A DNA stretch of 61,424 bases, filler included, from Coriobacteriales bacterium (GCA_031263105.1; 6 parts of 6 records of this genome joined end to end with filler, not necessarily neighbours in it), one strand, 5' to 3'; numbered from the whole stretch's first letter, positions 35,525 to 50,846 are shown. The notes: a model not told the origin generated them from the sequence alone. Made by a program: numbers and translations.

Positions 35525-36043
35525 TCAGCGCCCCACGAAGCGCAGGTTCGGGCCGTTGCCGTGCATCGTGAAGCCTACGCCCTCCTTCACGGCGCCCTCG
35601 GCCTCGAACTCGCTTATGGTGCCGACGCTCAGGACTTTCAAGGGGCAGGACAGCACGCAGGCCGGCACGTCGTCGCCATCGAGCCGGGCGGCGCACAGGT
35701 CGCACTTCACCATCTTGTTGTTGATCTCGTTTTGCTGCGGTGCGTCGTAGGGGCAGGCGGACACGCAGGAGTAGCAGCCGATGCAGACCTCGGCGTCATG
35801 GGTCACGATGCCGTCCGCCTCCCGCTTCTGCACCGCCCCGGTCGGGCAGACGGCGGTGCAGGCCGGAACGTCGCAATGGTTGCAGGCGACCGAGAGGAAG
35901 GGCCCGACGATCTGGACTTGGGAGCTCGTGGCCTTCCGCGGATAGGTTCCGGGCCGTATGCCGTGGCGTGCCCGGCAGGCGGACACACAGGTCTGACAGC
36001 CGATGCAGTAGTTCTGGTCGAAGAGAAAGCCTTTCTGTTCCAT
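35525..36043 (-). CDS. 4Fe-4S dicluster electron-transfer subunit (DmsB-like)
   Basis: CIGCQTCVSAC, CNHCDVPACTAVCP, CIGCYSCVSACP, KCDLC...PACVLSCP. Confidence 0.95.
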   Translation of the reverse strand: MEQKGFLFDQNYCIGCQTCVSACRARHGIRPGTYPRKATSSQVQIVGPFLSVACNHCDVPACTAVCPTGAVQKREADGIVTHDAEVCIGCYSCVSACPYDAPQQNEINNKMVKCDLCAARLDGDDVPACVLSCPLKVLSVGTISEFEAEGAVKEGVGFTMHGNGPNLRFVGR

Positions 36044-36069
36044 GTTCCGATCTCCTTTTTCGCTGAGTG

Positions 36070-38379
36070 TCAGGCCTTGGCCACGTCGACGAGACAGCTC
36101 TGGTAGCTGACGCCCCGCCCGAAGTCGGCCTGCTCGTCCGTGGTCAGACAGTTGATGTTGGCCTCCCCGGTCATGGCGGGCCAGGTGCTCTTGTACGAGA
36201 CCGCCGTGCCCTCCTTCACGGCGCCGTCCATGATGCGGGCGCGTCTGCGAACCTCGCCCCTGTCGTTGTAGACGCGCACGGGGTCGCCTTCCGCGATGCC
36301 GCGTGCGGACGCGTCGGCGGGGGAGAGCAGGACGTGGTTCTCCTCAAAGAGGATGTTGTTGTCCTCCATGTTGCCGAAGCAGCCGTTCAGGAACTCCTTG
36401 GCGTTCGGCGACAGCAGGGCCAAGGGGTAGGCGAAAAACAGCTCGGGCGCCCCCTCCTCGCTCTCGCTGTCAGGGGTGTACACGGCAGTGCGTGTGCCGT
36501 GGTCGGCAAGAAGCTCGTCCGAGGCGAACTGCAGCTTCCCGGACTTGGTGGGGAAGCCCTCCTCCAGTTGCGTCTCCCAGGCCTTGGGCTGCACGTCGAA
36601 CCATCCCTTCTCGGCCAGCTCCTCGAAGCTGTAGGACTTCGCCTCGATCATCATGGCGCGGAAGTCGTCCATCGTGCGCTTGAACTCGGGCTCGTCGTAG
36701 CCCATCGCCTGACCCAGCAGGTTGTTCACCTCCCAGTTGGGCTTGCATTCGCCCAGAGGCTCGATCACCTGCTCGTTGAAGCAGTCGTAGTTGTGACCGT
36801 AGCCTGTGTTGTACTCCTCGTACTCGAAGGAGGTCGGTGCGGGCAGGAGGATGTCGGCATACTCTGCGGTCGGCGTGACGAAGACCTCGGAGACGACGGT
36901 GAAGAGATCCTCGCGCTCCAAGCCCTCTCGCACGAGGTTCTGGTTGGGATTGGAGACCATCGGGTTGGCCCCGAAGATGAATATCGACCGGATGGGGTTG
37001 GTGGCGAAGTCGTGCCCCTCCCCATAGTTCACGCCCGTGAGCACTTTGCCCAAGGCGGGGGAGGAGTAGTTGCGGATCGTGGATGCTGAGGAGGACTCGC
37101 TCGGCACCTTCTCCTTGAAGAGGTCGAGGCCGGCCGTGAGGTTGACGCTCCATCCTCCCGAGCTCGTCATCTCGAGGTAGCTCTCAGGGTGGCCGACGAC
37201 CACGGGCAGGAGCTTGACGCCGATGTGGCTCATGCCGCCGTTGGTGCGACGGCCGAGCTGCAGGCCGACCTTCAGGCAGGTCGATGTGCGGTTGTCCCAG
37301 AGCAGCTGTGCCAGTTCCGCGACCTGGCCTTCGGGAATCCGGCACACCTCGGCGACCCGCTCCGGCGTCCACTCGGCCGCCGACGCCCGATAGTCGTCGA
37401 AGCCGATGCCGTAGCGGTCGATGAAGTCCTGGTCGAGCATGTCGTTTTGGATGAGGTGGTTCGCCACGCCGAGCGCCAGGGCGGAGTCGGTGCCGGGCAG
37501 CGGCCTGACGACGAGGTCGGCCCATTCGACGAGCGGCGTGTGCGTCGGGTTGACCACCACGATTGTGCCGCCGGCCGCATGCATCTCTTTGATGAACTTC
37601 ACCAGGTGCAGGCTGGAGGCGCATTCGTTGTGGCTCCAGGACACGTAGAGGCTCTTTGCGGGGATGTCCTCCGGTCGCATCTGGGCGATGGTGCCCGTCA
37701 CATAGTCGAGCATCCCGACGTAGCCGTTGTTGCACAGCGACGCCTCATGATAGGTCGCCCCCATGCGGTAGAACAGCGGTTCCAGGCACCGGCGGTTCAG
37801 GGCGCCCTGGTTGCCCTGATAGCGGAACCAGGTGATCGCCTCCGGGCCGTTCTCGGCGATGATCTGCTTCCAGCGGTCGGTGACGGCCTGGATCGCCTCG
37901 TCCCAGCCGATGCGCTCGAACGTGCACCCCGGCCCTTTGGTGCCCGTGCGCCTCATCGGGTACAGGAGCCTGTCCTCCCGGTAGACGTAATCGACGTAGT
38001 TCTGGGTCTTCACGCAGAGCCCGCCCTTGGTATAGGGGTTGTCGCTGTCGCCTCGGACGGCGACCAGCTGACCGTCTGCGACCTTGCTCCTGATCATGCA
38101 GGTGTCGAAGCAGTTGCGCGAGCAGGCGCTGTGGCGCCAGACGCCCTCGGCGCTCTCTGCGGCGTACTGGTAGCCAGCGGTCGAGACGCCTGCCTGCTGG
38201 GCGCCCTCATCGGCCTGCGGCTCGTCCTCGCCCTCCTTCTGCTTCGGCGAGCAGGCAACCAGCCCTACCGAGGCAGCGAGCGCAGCGGTCGCTCCGGCCA
38301 TTGCGGAGGCCGTCACAAAACGGCGGCGGCTCAAGGCCCGTCCTTCTTCGTGCGGTGTCCGCGCTCTCTCTCGATCCAT
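36070..38379 (-). CDS. Tat-exported Mo-bisPGD oxidoreductase catalytic subunit
   Basis: Tat motif SRRRFV plus lipobox LVAC; CSRNCFDTC..GLCVK Fe-S motif; DRLLYP, PGTDSAL, TPTAEYADILLPA, V.VYNDRG. Confidence 0.93.
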   Translation of the reverse strand: MDRERARTPHEEGRALSRRRFVTASAMAGATAALAASVGLVACSPKQKEGEDEPQADEGAQQAGVSTAGYQYAAESAEGVWRHSACSRNCFDTCMIRSKVADGQLVAVRGDSDNPYTKGGLCVKTQNYVDYVYREDRLLYPMRRTGTKGPGCTFERIGWDEAIQAVTDRWKQIIAENGPEAITWFRYQGNQGALNRRCLEPLFYRMGATYHEASLCNNGYVGMLDYVTGTIAQMRPEDIPAKSLYVSWSHNECASSLHLVKFIKEMHAAGGTIVVVNPTHTPLVEWADLVVRPLPGTDSALALGVANHLIQNDMLDQDFIDRYGIGFDDYRASAAEWTPERVAEVCRIPEGQVAELAQLLWDNRTSTCLKVGLQLGRRTNGGMSHIGVKLLPVVVGHPESYLEMTSSGGWSVNLTAGLDLFKEKVPSESSSASTIRNYSSPALGKVLTGVNYGEGHDFATNPIRSIFIFGANPMVSNPNQNLVREGLEREDLFTVVSEVFVTPTAEYADILLPAPTSFEYEEYNTGYGHNYDCFNEQVIEPLGECKPNWEVNNLLGQAMGYDEPEFKRTMDDFRAMMIEAKSYSFEELAEKGWFDVQPKAWETQLEEGFPTKSGKLQFASDELLADHGTRTAVYTPDSESEEGAPELFFAYPLALLSPNAKEFLNGCFGNMEDNNILFEENHVLLSPADASARGIAEGDPVRVYNDRGEVRRRARIMDGAVKEGTAVSYKSTWPAMTGEANINCLTTDEQADFGRGVSYQSCLVDVAKA

Positions 38380-38600
38380 CCACTCCTCCTGTCATCGTCG
38401 GTTTCTTGCGGCCCTCTCTGGGTCCGACGACGATTCTGGCGGTCGGCAGCGGCTGCTGCATCATGTGCGGGCTGGTATTTCGAGTCGATTCGCCCGTTTT
38501 TCCTCCCCTATGACAGGGGATGTGGGCACAAATTCCTCTGTATCTGTATCGGGCCAGAGTCGTTGACGAGAGTCGTTAGGGAAGTGCCGGTTAATCCCCC

Positions 38601-38694
38601 TCCCGTCATTGCGAGGAGCGAAGCGACGAAGCAATCCAAATCATTGCCTGCGGGCTTCCGACTGGATTGCTTCGCTTCGCTCGCAATGACGGGA
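38601..38694. repeat. CGTC-tagged palindromic element of a second family
   Basis: TCCCGTCATTGCGAGGAGCGAAGCGACGAAGCAATCCA ... TGGATTGCTTCGCTTCGCTCGCAATGACGGGA. Confidence 0.85.
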
Positions 38695-38709
38695 CAAATC
38701 GGCGCTTCC

Positions 38710-39264
38710 TTAGCTCAAGGCGGAGGGGTCGTTGCCTTCAGCCAGGTCGTGGAGCTCCTGGCGGGAGTGGACGCCGGTTTTCTCATAGATGTGCTTGACA
38801 TGGGTCTGGACGGTGCTTGGCGAGATATGCAGCCGCTCGGCTATGGTGGGGGCGTCGCGGCCGGACAACAGGAGCACGAGCACCTCCTTCTCCCGTGCCG
38901 ACAGCGCGTGTCGTGCCGCCAGTGCGTCGGCATCGGCTTGCGCCCTGTCGGCGACGGGGCCCCCTGTTGCTGCCGTGGCCGCCGCATCCTTCAGGGCCTC
39001 GATCTCGTTTTTCTGGAGTGTCGTGTTCACCCGGATGATTCCGTAGACCAAGGAGATCACCAGCAGGTTTATCACCACGAGCAGGATCATGGTGAAAGGC
39101 GTGTCCTGCAAGGGGACGATCAGGAGGCCGATGAGGACGCCGACGAGCTCGCCGACCCCGAGGATCGCGAAACCTGGGGCGTACAGCACGGAGGACGGGA
39201 TGCCCTTCTTGCGGGTGATGGCTGCGAAATGCGTGATGAGGAGCGCCTCTGCCATCAGCCGGGC
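38710..39264 (-). CDS. Membrane-anchored LuxR-family regulator (5' end lost in gap)
   Basis: TM segments followed by the LuxR HTH LSAREKEVL.LL..GR....IAERL.IS..TV.THV.HIYEK.GVHSRQEL. Confidence 0.9.
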   Translation of the reverse strand, partial: ARLMAEALLITHFAAITRKKGIPSSVLYAPGFAILGVGELVGVLIGLLIVPLQDTPFTMILLVVINLLVISLVYGIIRVNTTLQKNEIEALKDAAATAATGGPVADRAQADADALAARHALSAREKEVLVLLLSGRDAPTIAERLHISPSTVQTHVKHIYEKTGVHSRQELHDLAEGNDPSALS

Positions 39265-39364
39265 NNNNNNNNNNNNNNNNNNNNNNNNNNNNNNNNNNNN
39301 NNNNNNNNTTAATTAATTAANNNNNNNNNNNNNNNNNNNNNNNNNNNNNNNNNNNNNNNNNNNN

Positions 39365-39502
39365 GGTCGCAGGATCTTCTGACCGCAGTCGACCGCTTGC
39401 GCGGTCGAGGATCCCTCGGCAGGCTCGGGATGACAGTGGGGCTCGGGACAGTGGGGCTCGGGATGACAGTGGGGCGTGGACAGACAGTGGGGCGTGGACA
39501 GT
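39365..39502. repeat. TGTC-tagged repeat, right half with tandem termini
   Basis: GCTCGGGATGACAGTGGGG and shortened derivatives repeated about 5 times. Confidence 0.85.
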
Positions 39503-39568
39503 AACTATGCAGTGTCAAGGCCACAGAGCTGCTGAAGTCGTGCGTCGCGGCTGCGCGGCGACGCACGT

Positions 39569-41017
39569 TTACCTGTTGAGGTAGGCGTGGCACTCCTCGG
39601 CGGCTTGGCGGCCTTCCATGAGGGCCCAGACGACGAGGCTTTGGCCACGGCGCATGTCGCCGGCGGCAAAGACGGAGTTGAGCGAGGTCGCGTAGGTGCC
39701 CGGCCTCGTCCGCACGTTGCCACGGGCGTCGCATTCCAAGCCGAGCGCGTCGGGCAGCGTGCGCTCGGGGCCCGTGAAGCCCATGGCGATGAGGACGAGC
39801 CCTGCGTCGCGGAGCTCCTCGGTGCCCTCGACCGGCTTGAAGCCCTGGTAGCGCATGGCGCAGACGGCCTGCACGTGCCCGGTCTCGTCCCCAATGACCT
39901 CCTTGACGGAGGTCTCGAACTCACGGGGGTCGTGGCCGAACAGCTCGATGGCCTCGTGCTGGCCGTAGTCGGTCTTGAAGACGCGCGGCCACAGCGGCCA
40001 GGGGTTGTCCGCCGCGCGCGCCTCTGCCGGCTTGGGCGTTATCTCGAACTGGGTCACGCTCGCGGCGCCCTGACGTATCGCAGTGGCGACGCAGTCGTTG
40101 CCGGTGTCGCCCCCGCCGACGATGAAGACGTCCTTGCCCGCAGCGTCGAGGTGCTCCTCGCCCGCAAAGCCCTCGTCGACGAGACGGCGCGTCGCGTTCG
40201 TGAGGTAGGCGACGGCCGGTGCCACGCCGACGAGGTCGGCCCCCGGCGCGGCGAGCATCCGCGCCTGGGTCGCGCCCCCGCAGAGCACCAGTGCGTCGAA
40301 CTCGTCGAGCAGGCGCGAGAGCGGCACGTCCCTGCCGACCTCCGCCCCGAGCTCGAAGCGCACGCCCTCCTCGCGCATGAGCTCGACGCGGCGGGCGACG
40401 ACGGACTTGTCGAGCTTCATGTTGGGGATACCATAGGTGAGCAGCCCGCCTGCGCGGTCGGCCCGCTCGTAGACCGTCACGTGCTCGCCGAGCTGGTTGA
40501 GGTGCTCGGCGCAGGCCAGGCCCGCCGGCCCCGAGCCGATGACCGCGACCTTGTGGCCCGTGCGCGTGGACGGGGCAGGGACGCGGGGCCTCAAACGACC
40601 TGTGGCCGTGGCGTGCTTGTCGAGGAAGTGCTCGATGTCCTTGATGGTGACCGGCAGCTCGTGCTCCCCCAGCGTGCAGGAGCCCTCGCAGAGCGCGGGG
40701 CAGATGCGACCCGTGAACTCCGGGAAGGGATGCGTCTTGCGCAAGCGGTCGTAGGCCGCGTCGTAGAGCCCACGGTACATCAGGTCGTTGACCTCGGGGA
40801 CGAGGTTCGAGAGCGGGCAGCCTATGGAGAGGCCGTCGACGCTCAGGCCCGCGTGGCAGAACGACACGCCGCAGTCCATGCAGCGCGCGGCCTGCTCGGT
40901 GAGCACCTCGGGGGCTTGCAGGGCGTGGAACTCCTCGAAGTCCCGCACCCGTTCCCTGACGGGGCGGTTCGTCGCATCGACCCTGGCGTACTCCAGAAAT
41001 CCCGTCGGCTTGCCCAT
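39569..41017 (-). CDS. gltD: Glutamate synthase small subunit
   Basis: [59 protein letters not shown]. Confidence 0.97.
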   Translation of the reverse strand: MGKPTGFLEYARVDATNRPVRERVRDFEEFHALQAPEVLTEQAARCMDCGVSFCHAGLSVDGLSIGCPLSNLVPEVNDLMYRGLYDAAYDRLRKTHPFPEFTGRICPALCEGSCTLGEHELPVTIKDIEHFLDKHATATGRLRPRVPAPSTRTGHKVAVIGSGPAGLACAEHLNQLGEHVTVYERADRAGGLLTYGIPNMKLDKSVVARRVELMREEGVRFELGAEVGRDVPLSRLLDEFDALVLCGGATQARMLAAPGADLVGVAPAVAYLTNATRRLVDEGFAGEEHLDAAGKDVFIVGGGDTGNDCVATAIRQGAASVTQFEITPKPAEARAADNPWPLWPRVFKTDYGQHEAIELFGHDPREFETSVKEVIGDETGHVQAVCAMRYQGFKPVEGTEELRDAGLVLIAMGFTGPERTLPDALGLECDARGNVRTRPGTYATSLNSVFAAGDMRRGQSLVVWALMEGRQAAEECHAYLNR

Positions 41018-41026
41018 GAGCGCCCC

Positions 41027-45787
<4,761 letters not shown>

Positions 45788-45887
45788 TCCTCTTTGTCTG
45801 TTCTCTCGCCGCGCAGACGGTCGCCGAGGGCAGCACGCATGGACGGCAGAGGGGGAAAGAGTATTTTACCTCATTGCAGGGAGTCCG

Positions 45888-46275
45888 GGAGGTGGGGAGT
45901 CCGGGAGGTGGGGAGTCCGGGAGAGAAGGGGCTGCTTGTCGGTTACTCGTCACACCCGTTACTGTTTACACCCGTTACTCGTCACACCCGTTACTCGTCA
46001 CACCCCCACTGTCATCCCGAGCCTGCCGAGGGATCTTCGACCGCGCAAGCGGTCGACTGCGGCCAGAGGGCGCTTCGGCCTACGGTTGGCTGCCTTGCAG
46101 CCAAAGATTCCTCACGCTCGGGCTTCGCCCTCGGTTCGGAATGACAGTAGGTCGGGCTTCGCCCTCGGTTCGGAATGACAGCAGGGTGTGAGCGGTAACG
46201 CCTGTCGCCGCTGCGTGAAGCGGGAGACGGCAGGGTGTGAGCGGTAACGTTCGTCGCCACTGCGTGAAGCGGGAG
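45888..46275. repeat. Composite repeat tract: short tandem repeats plus a TGTC element
   Basis: GGGAGTCCGGGAGGTG x2.5; GTTACTCGTCACACCC about 4 times; TGTC element at 46004-46182; GCAGGGTGTGAGCGGTAACG...CTGCGTGAAGCGGGAG x2. Confidence 0.8.
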
Positions 46276-46703
46276 TCTCAACGCGACACGGTACATGCGG
46301 GCTGCGAGGGGGGCACAGCCAAGGGCGGGCCGTGAGGGGGGAACACGGCTCCAGCAAGGAGAAGGGGGGACTCCACCGGTCCGGATCCTCCCGCTTCACG
46401 CAAGGGCGACGAACGAACGACAGTCGAACAGGACAGGCCTCTCTCGGACTGAGAACGGCCTCTTGTCCAGTCTAACACGGCGACACAGGCAATTCAGCGA
46501 TGTGCACTCAAATGTCACTAAAGAGTATCCCATCAACTTTATAATTTTGGAAGTATTTTTGAGACTTTTTAGGCTCACCGGTCGATTTTTCTAGGACAGG
46601 GGGACGGAGCCGTGCATTCCGGGGGACGGAGCCCGGGGGAACGGGTCCTTCTGTGGTATCGTGTTGGCTGTATGCATCGGGTTTTGCAAAGGAGAGTAAC
46701 ACC

Positions 46704-47078
46704 ATGAGTAACGACGTGAGTTTTGACAATGCGGTGACGGAAATCAACGAAGGTGTCGCACAGGAGGTCCACTCCATCGAGGACGTAGAGACCGCGAGCG
46801 ACTTCGAGTTGAAGCACACCCCCAGGCTCGAGGTCATAGAGGGCTCCAAAGGGCAGACCGTCAAGGTGGGCATCGGACTGAAGGGCATCACGCATCCCCA
46901 GACCGAGGAGCATTACATCGAGTGGATCCGCGCCTTCGACGGCACCGAGCCCCTTGGCACCGTGAGCTTCGGCCCCGCCGACGCCCCCGTTGCCGAGTTC
47001 GAGGTGAAGCGGACAAGCGGACAGATCGTCGTCCAGGCCCTCTGCAACCTGCACGGCATCTGGGAGGCCCGCGTCTAG
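46704..47078 (+). CDS. Superoxide reductase (neelaredoxin/desulfoferrodoxin Fe-binding domain)
   Basis: KHTP, HPQTEEHYIEWI and CNLHGIW iron ligands; RBS AAGGAG. Confidence 0.9.
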   Translation: MSNDVSFDNAVTEINEGVAQEVHSIEDVETASDFELKHTPRLEVIEGSKGQTVKVGIGLKGITHPQTEEHYIEWIRAFDGTEPLGTVSFGPADAPVAEFEVKRTSGQIVVQALCNLHGIWEARV

Positions 47079-47096
47079 GGAGACGATGATCAATGC

Positions 47097-47214
47097 CCCC
47101 ACTGTCATTCCGAGCCTGCCGAGGAATCCTCGACCGCGCAAGCGGTCGACTGCGGGCAGATGCGTCTCCCGGCCGCAGTTGGTCGCTTTGCGACCAAAGA
47201 TCCTTCGGCTGCGG
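47097..47214. repeat. TGTC-tagged repeat, truncated by gap
   Basis: CACTGTCATTCCGAGCCTGCCGAGGAATCCTCGACCGCGCAAGCGGTCGAC. Confidence 0.85.
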
Positions 47215-47394
47215 NNNNNNNNNNNNNNNNNNNNNNNNNNNNNNNNNNNNNNNNNNNNTTAATTAATTAANNNNNNNNNNNNNNNNNNNNNNNNNNNNNN
47301 NNNNNNNNNNNNNNCCCCCCCGCGCCCCCCGCCCGCCCGCCGCGCCGGCGCCCCCCCCCCCCCCCAAACCGACTGGCACGTTACTGAGGTCACA

Positions 47395-47625
47395 CCCCCA
47401 CTGTCATTCCGAGCGCAGCCGAGGAATCCTTGGACACGCAGTGTCCAACGGCAGGCCAAGGGGCCCTTCGGCCTGCGGTCGACCGCTGGCGCGGTCGAGG
47501 ATTCCTCGGCAGGCTCGGAATGACAGTGGGGCTCGGGATGACAGTGGGATGCAGGCTGTAGCGCCCGCGCGTAGTGGGATGCAGGCTGTAGCGCCCGCGC
47601 GTAGTGGGATGCAGGCTGTAGCGCC
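47395..47625. repeat. TGTC-tagged repeat followed by a 30-bp tandem repeat (x3)
   Basis: Full palindromic body at 47395-47548, then AGTGGGATGCAGGCTGTAGCGCCCGCGCGT about 3 times. Confidence 0.87.
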
Positions 47626-47635
47626 CCCGCCCGTC

Positions 47636-49402
47636 CTACTCCCTGATGAGGGCCTTGGGCAGGTGCTCGTACAGGGCCGTGGAGAGGGCCGCCTCGCTCA
47701 TGGGCTTGGAGACGTAGCCGTTGAAGCCGGCCGCGAGGAACATCTCGACGACGCCCGAGACCGCGTTCGCGGTCATCGCGACGATGGCCACCTCCGAGAC
47801 AGGGCCGTCGAGCCCACGGATGGCGCGCGTCGCCTCGACCCCGTCCATGACGGGCATCATGTGATCCATGAGTATGAGGTCGAAGTGCTCCTTCTGCACC
47901 AGTTCGAGGGCCTGTTTGCCGTCCGAGACGCTTGCGACCTGCACTCCGAAAGGCTCGAGCATGAACTCGGCGATGACGATGTTGACCTCTACGTCGTCCA
48001 CGATGAGCACCTTGGCGTCGGGCGCCTTGAACGCGTGATACTCGATCTCGACCTTGGGCAGGTCGTCCGGCGTGCCTTCCTTGAGCGGCAGGACGACCGT
48101 GAACGTCGAGCCCTCGCCGTACACGCTTTGGACGCCGACCGAACCGCCCATGAGCTCGGCAAGCTGCTTGACTATCGCCAAGCCGAGGCCGGTGCCGGTG
48201 ATGTCGCGGTTGCGCTTGATGTCCAACATCTCAAAGGCCCCGAAGAGCCGGTCGGCCTCGTCCTCCCGTATCCCGATTCCCGTGTCGTGCACCTCGAAGC
48301 CGATCAGGCCCTCGCCGACCCGCGTGACCGTGAAGTCCACCCAGCCGCTCGGCGTGTACTTGTAGGCGTTGTTCATCAGGTTGATGAGGATCTGCCGTAT
48401 CCGCTTCTCGTCCGAACAGATGACCTCGGGCAGGTCGTTGCCGCAGTGCACGTGGAATGCGATCTCCTTTTGCGCCAACATCACCTCGAAGAGCGACTTG
48501 AGGTCATCGAGCAGGTCGCCGAGCCTGAAGTACTCGTCGATTATCTCAAGCTTGCCTGCCTCGATCTTCGAGAAGTCGAGGAGGTCGTTGATGAGCGCAA
48601 GCAGGCCGTCCGAGGACGCCTGTATCTTCTCAAGCAGCCCTCGCTGGTTCTCGTCCAAGGACGTGGCCTCGATCATCTTGGAAAGCCCGATCACCGCGTT
48701 CATGGGGCTCCTGATATCGTGGGATATCTTTGCGAGAAAATCGGACTTCGCCTCGTTGGCCCGTTCGGCCTCGTATTTCGCCCGCACCAGATCGGTGTTG
48801 TCGTAGAAGAAGAACAGCCATCCCTGGCGCACCTTTGCGCTGTCGCGCATGAGGCTGACCTCCAGGGAATAGTCGCGCGGCTCGTTTCCGTCCCCAAGGT
48901 CTGCGGAGAAGTGCGTCTCGAAGTGCTCCGTCCCCTCGCCCGCCTCGGCTCCGTCGAAATGCCCCTTGAGCGTCTGCAGCACCGTATCGGGCAACCGAGA
49001 GCCGAATATCTCCTCGAAGCTCTTGCCTTTGATGAGGCCGATGCCCAAGATGCCGAGCGCCTTAAGCAGGGAGTCGGTACACAGGATGAGGTGGCGGTCG
49101 GCATCGAAGAACAGGATGAAGTCCCGGCTGTTCTGCAGCAACAGGTTCATCTGCATTTCAAGGCGGGTTCGTTCTGCCAAGACGACCTCGGCGAACTGCT
49201 TTTTGGCCTCGCTGGTGCCGCGATAGCGCTGGATGAGCGTCCGTTCCTTTTCAAGCTCGCGCTCAAGCTTCTTTATCTCACGCGCAAGCACCTTGTTCTC
49301 ATTGAGCAGCGTCTCGACGGCGTTGTCGCCGTCTTGCTGTATGCCGGTACCGCCGACACCTCCCGTAGCGCCCGTGATGCCTGTCCCGTCATCGTGATCC
49401 AT
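47636..49402 (-). CDS. Cytoplasmic hybrid sensor histidine kinase/response regulator (PAS-HisKA-HATPase-REC)
   Basis: FLAKISHDIRSPMN, QILINLMNNAYKYT, DTGIG, GTGLGL, VLIVDD, LILMD, AMTA, KP. Confidence 0.95.
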   Translation of the reverse strand: MDHDDGTGITGATGGVGGTGIQQDGDNAVETLLNENKVLAREIKKLERELEKERTLIQRYRGTSEAKKQFAEVVLAERTRLEMQMNLLLQNSRDFILFFDADRHLILCTDSLLKALGILGIGLIKGKSFEEIFGSRLPDTVLQTLKGHFDGAEAGEGTEHFETHFSADLGDGNEPRDYSLEVSLMRDSAKVRQGWLFFFYDNTDLVRAKYEAERANEAKSDFLAKISHDIRSPMNAVIGLSKMIEATSLDENQRGLLEKIQASSDGLLALINDLLDFSKIEAGKLEIIDEYFRLGDLLDDLKSLFEVMLAQKEIAFHVHCGNDLPEVICSDEKRIRQILINLMNNAYKYTPSGWVDFTVTRVGEGLIGFEVHDTGIGIREDEADRLFGAFEMLDIKRNRDITGTGLGLAIVKQLAELMGGSVGVQSVYGEGSTFTVVLPLKEGTPDDLPKVEIEYHAFKAPDAKVLIVDDVEVNIVIAEFMLEPFGVQVASVSDGKQALELVQKEHFDLILMDHMMPVMDGVEATRAIRGLDGPVSEVAIVAMTANAVSGVVEMFLAAGFNGYVSKPMSEAALSTALYEHLPKALIRE

Positions 49403-49510
49403 GTCAGTCTCACCTGTCTTGCTCTATGCCAGCGTCGCCGGCCTCCCCCGCTTCTGTCACCAAAAGCCCTGCCGCTTTCCTTCCGATCGGCACCGTCAGC
49501 CATGGAACCG

Positions 49511-50689
49511 TCAGAAGATCACCGCAACGAAGGTAGCATTATGAAAGCGGTTCGTCAGGCTGAGCCCGTCCTTGAGATTCGTCACCGGGCAGATTTCGCC
49601 TCCCGAGTACACCAAGGCATAGGGTATGCCGAGCGGATCGACGATCCCGTGCGCCGCGTTCGCCTCGCCATCCGGGTCGAGCTGCATCATGAGGTACCGG
49701 CCGATGCAGGAACAGGCAAGCATCCCATGCCACCCCTCGCCCCCGCCTGCCGCGAGGGACGCCAGCTGCGCCCGCGTGGTCGCCTGTATCTCCTCCTCGC
49801 TGAAATGGCCGACGGACAAGGTCGAACCCTCGGGCACGTCCCCGAGGCAGACCGCGTAGCCTTCGGGCGTGGTGGCGAAGATGATCCGTATGACCGGCGG
49901 GTTTCCGTCGTTGAAATCGACGATATAGGGAAAGGAGTTGACCCCTTTGATGACCCCGTTCTCGTCAGTGACCAGCCCCTTGCTCTTGAGGAACTCCACC
50001 GCAGGCTTGCCGTCGACCTCCCTGAGCTGGTTGCCGTCACTTGAGGTGACCACGCCCTTCTCCTCGAAGACGCTCTCGTGCGAGATGGTGGCGAGAAGGA
50101 ACTGCGGCTTGACGTCCCCGTAGAACGCGACGAACGCAAGCTGGTCGGCCGAGGCCTCGCCCCGACAGATGACGCGCGACTTGTGGTAGTCGATGGTGTT
50201 GTCGACCGCAAGCGTCCCGAACAGCGGCACCTGGCCGCTCACCTCGTCGAAGCTGTTGACAAGGAAGTCGCCGCCCACATTGAGGAGCAACGGCGCATAG
50301 ATAAGGACAAGGGCAGGCGCATCCGGGCGCTCCCCTGCCGCCGCACGGTAACTGCGCGCAATGATGTCGGCGTCCTCGCTGAGGATGGGGTCGGTCTGCC
50401 CTATGACGAACTCTGTCTCGTCGCTGGTTATGAGTAACAGGTTGAGTATCTCCAAAGAAGAGGAGCCGGGGCTTGCCGCCGCTATCGTCGTCTGCCCGAC
50501 GAGGTCGAAGGGAAGCGCCTCCTGCAGGGCCTCGACCACCCCGCTCTCGACAAACTCAGGGGTGGCGCCGATGAGGCCGACCGTATGGGAAAGCAGGCGA
50601 TCCTTCGGTGGAAGCTGCCCCAAGATGTCAGCGACCGCCTCTTCGACATCGTCGATCTCAGACGTGAATGCGCTCGAGGTCCGAATCAT
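49511..50689 (-). CDS. FIST signal-transduction domain protein
   Basis: TSEIDD, PLFG, VTSSDGN.L.EVDG.PA, SCIGR, YSGGEICP, FHNAT. Confidence 0.88.
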   Translation of the reverse strand: MIRTSSAFTSEIDDVEEAVADILGQLPPKDRLLSHTVGLIGATPEFVESGVVEALQEALPFDLVGQTTIAAASPGSSSLEILNLLLITSDETEFVIGQTDPILSEDADIIARSYRAAAGERPDAPALVLIYAPLLLNVGGDFLVNSFDEVSGQVPLFGTLAVDNTIDYHKSRVICRGEASADQLAFVAFYGDVKPQFLLATISHESVFEEKGVVTSSDGNQLREVDGKPAVEFLKSKGLVTDENGVIKGVNSFPYIVDFNDGNPPVIRIIFATTPEGYAVCLGDVPEGSTLSVGHFSEEEIQATTRAQLASLAAGGGEGWHGMLACSCIGRYLMMQLDPDGEANAAHGIVDPLGIPYALVYSGGEICPVTNLKDGLSLTNRFHNATFVAVIF

Positions 50690-50846
50690 AGGCCAACCTC
50701 CCGCTCAATATGGCAATCCGTGAACCGCGCCCCATGGTACCATAATCCGTGAACCAGCCCCCATGGTACCATACCAAGGCGATACTGTGCCCCTCAAAGG
50801 CGAATTCTCTTGTCAGAACACGTCACAGACGTTACTGCTCACACTC

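Noticed and set aside
46500..46600. AT-rich stretch between gltB and the superoxide reductase gene as a PerR/Fur box
   Set aside because: Probably a promoter region, but I could not identify a convincing palindromic consensus.
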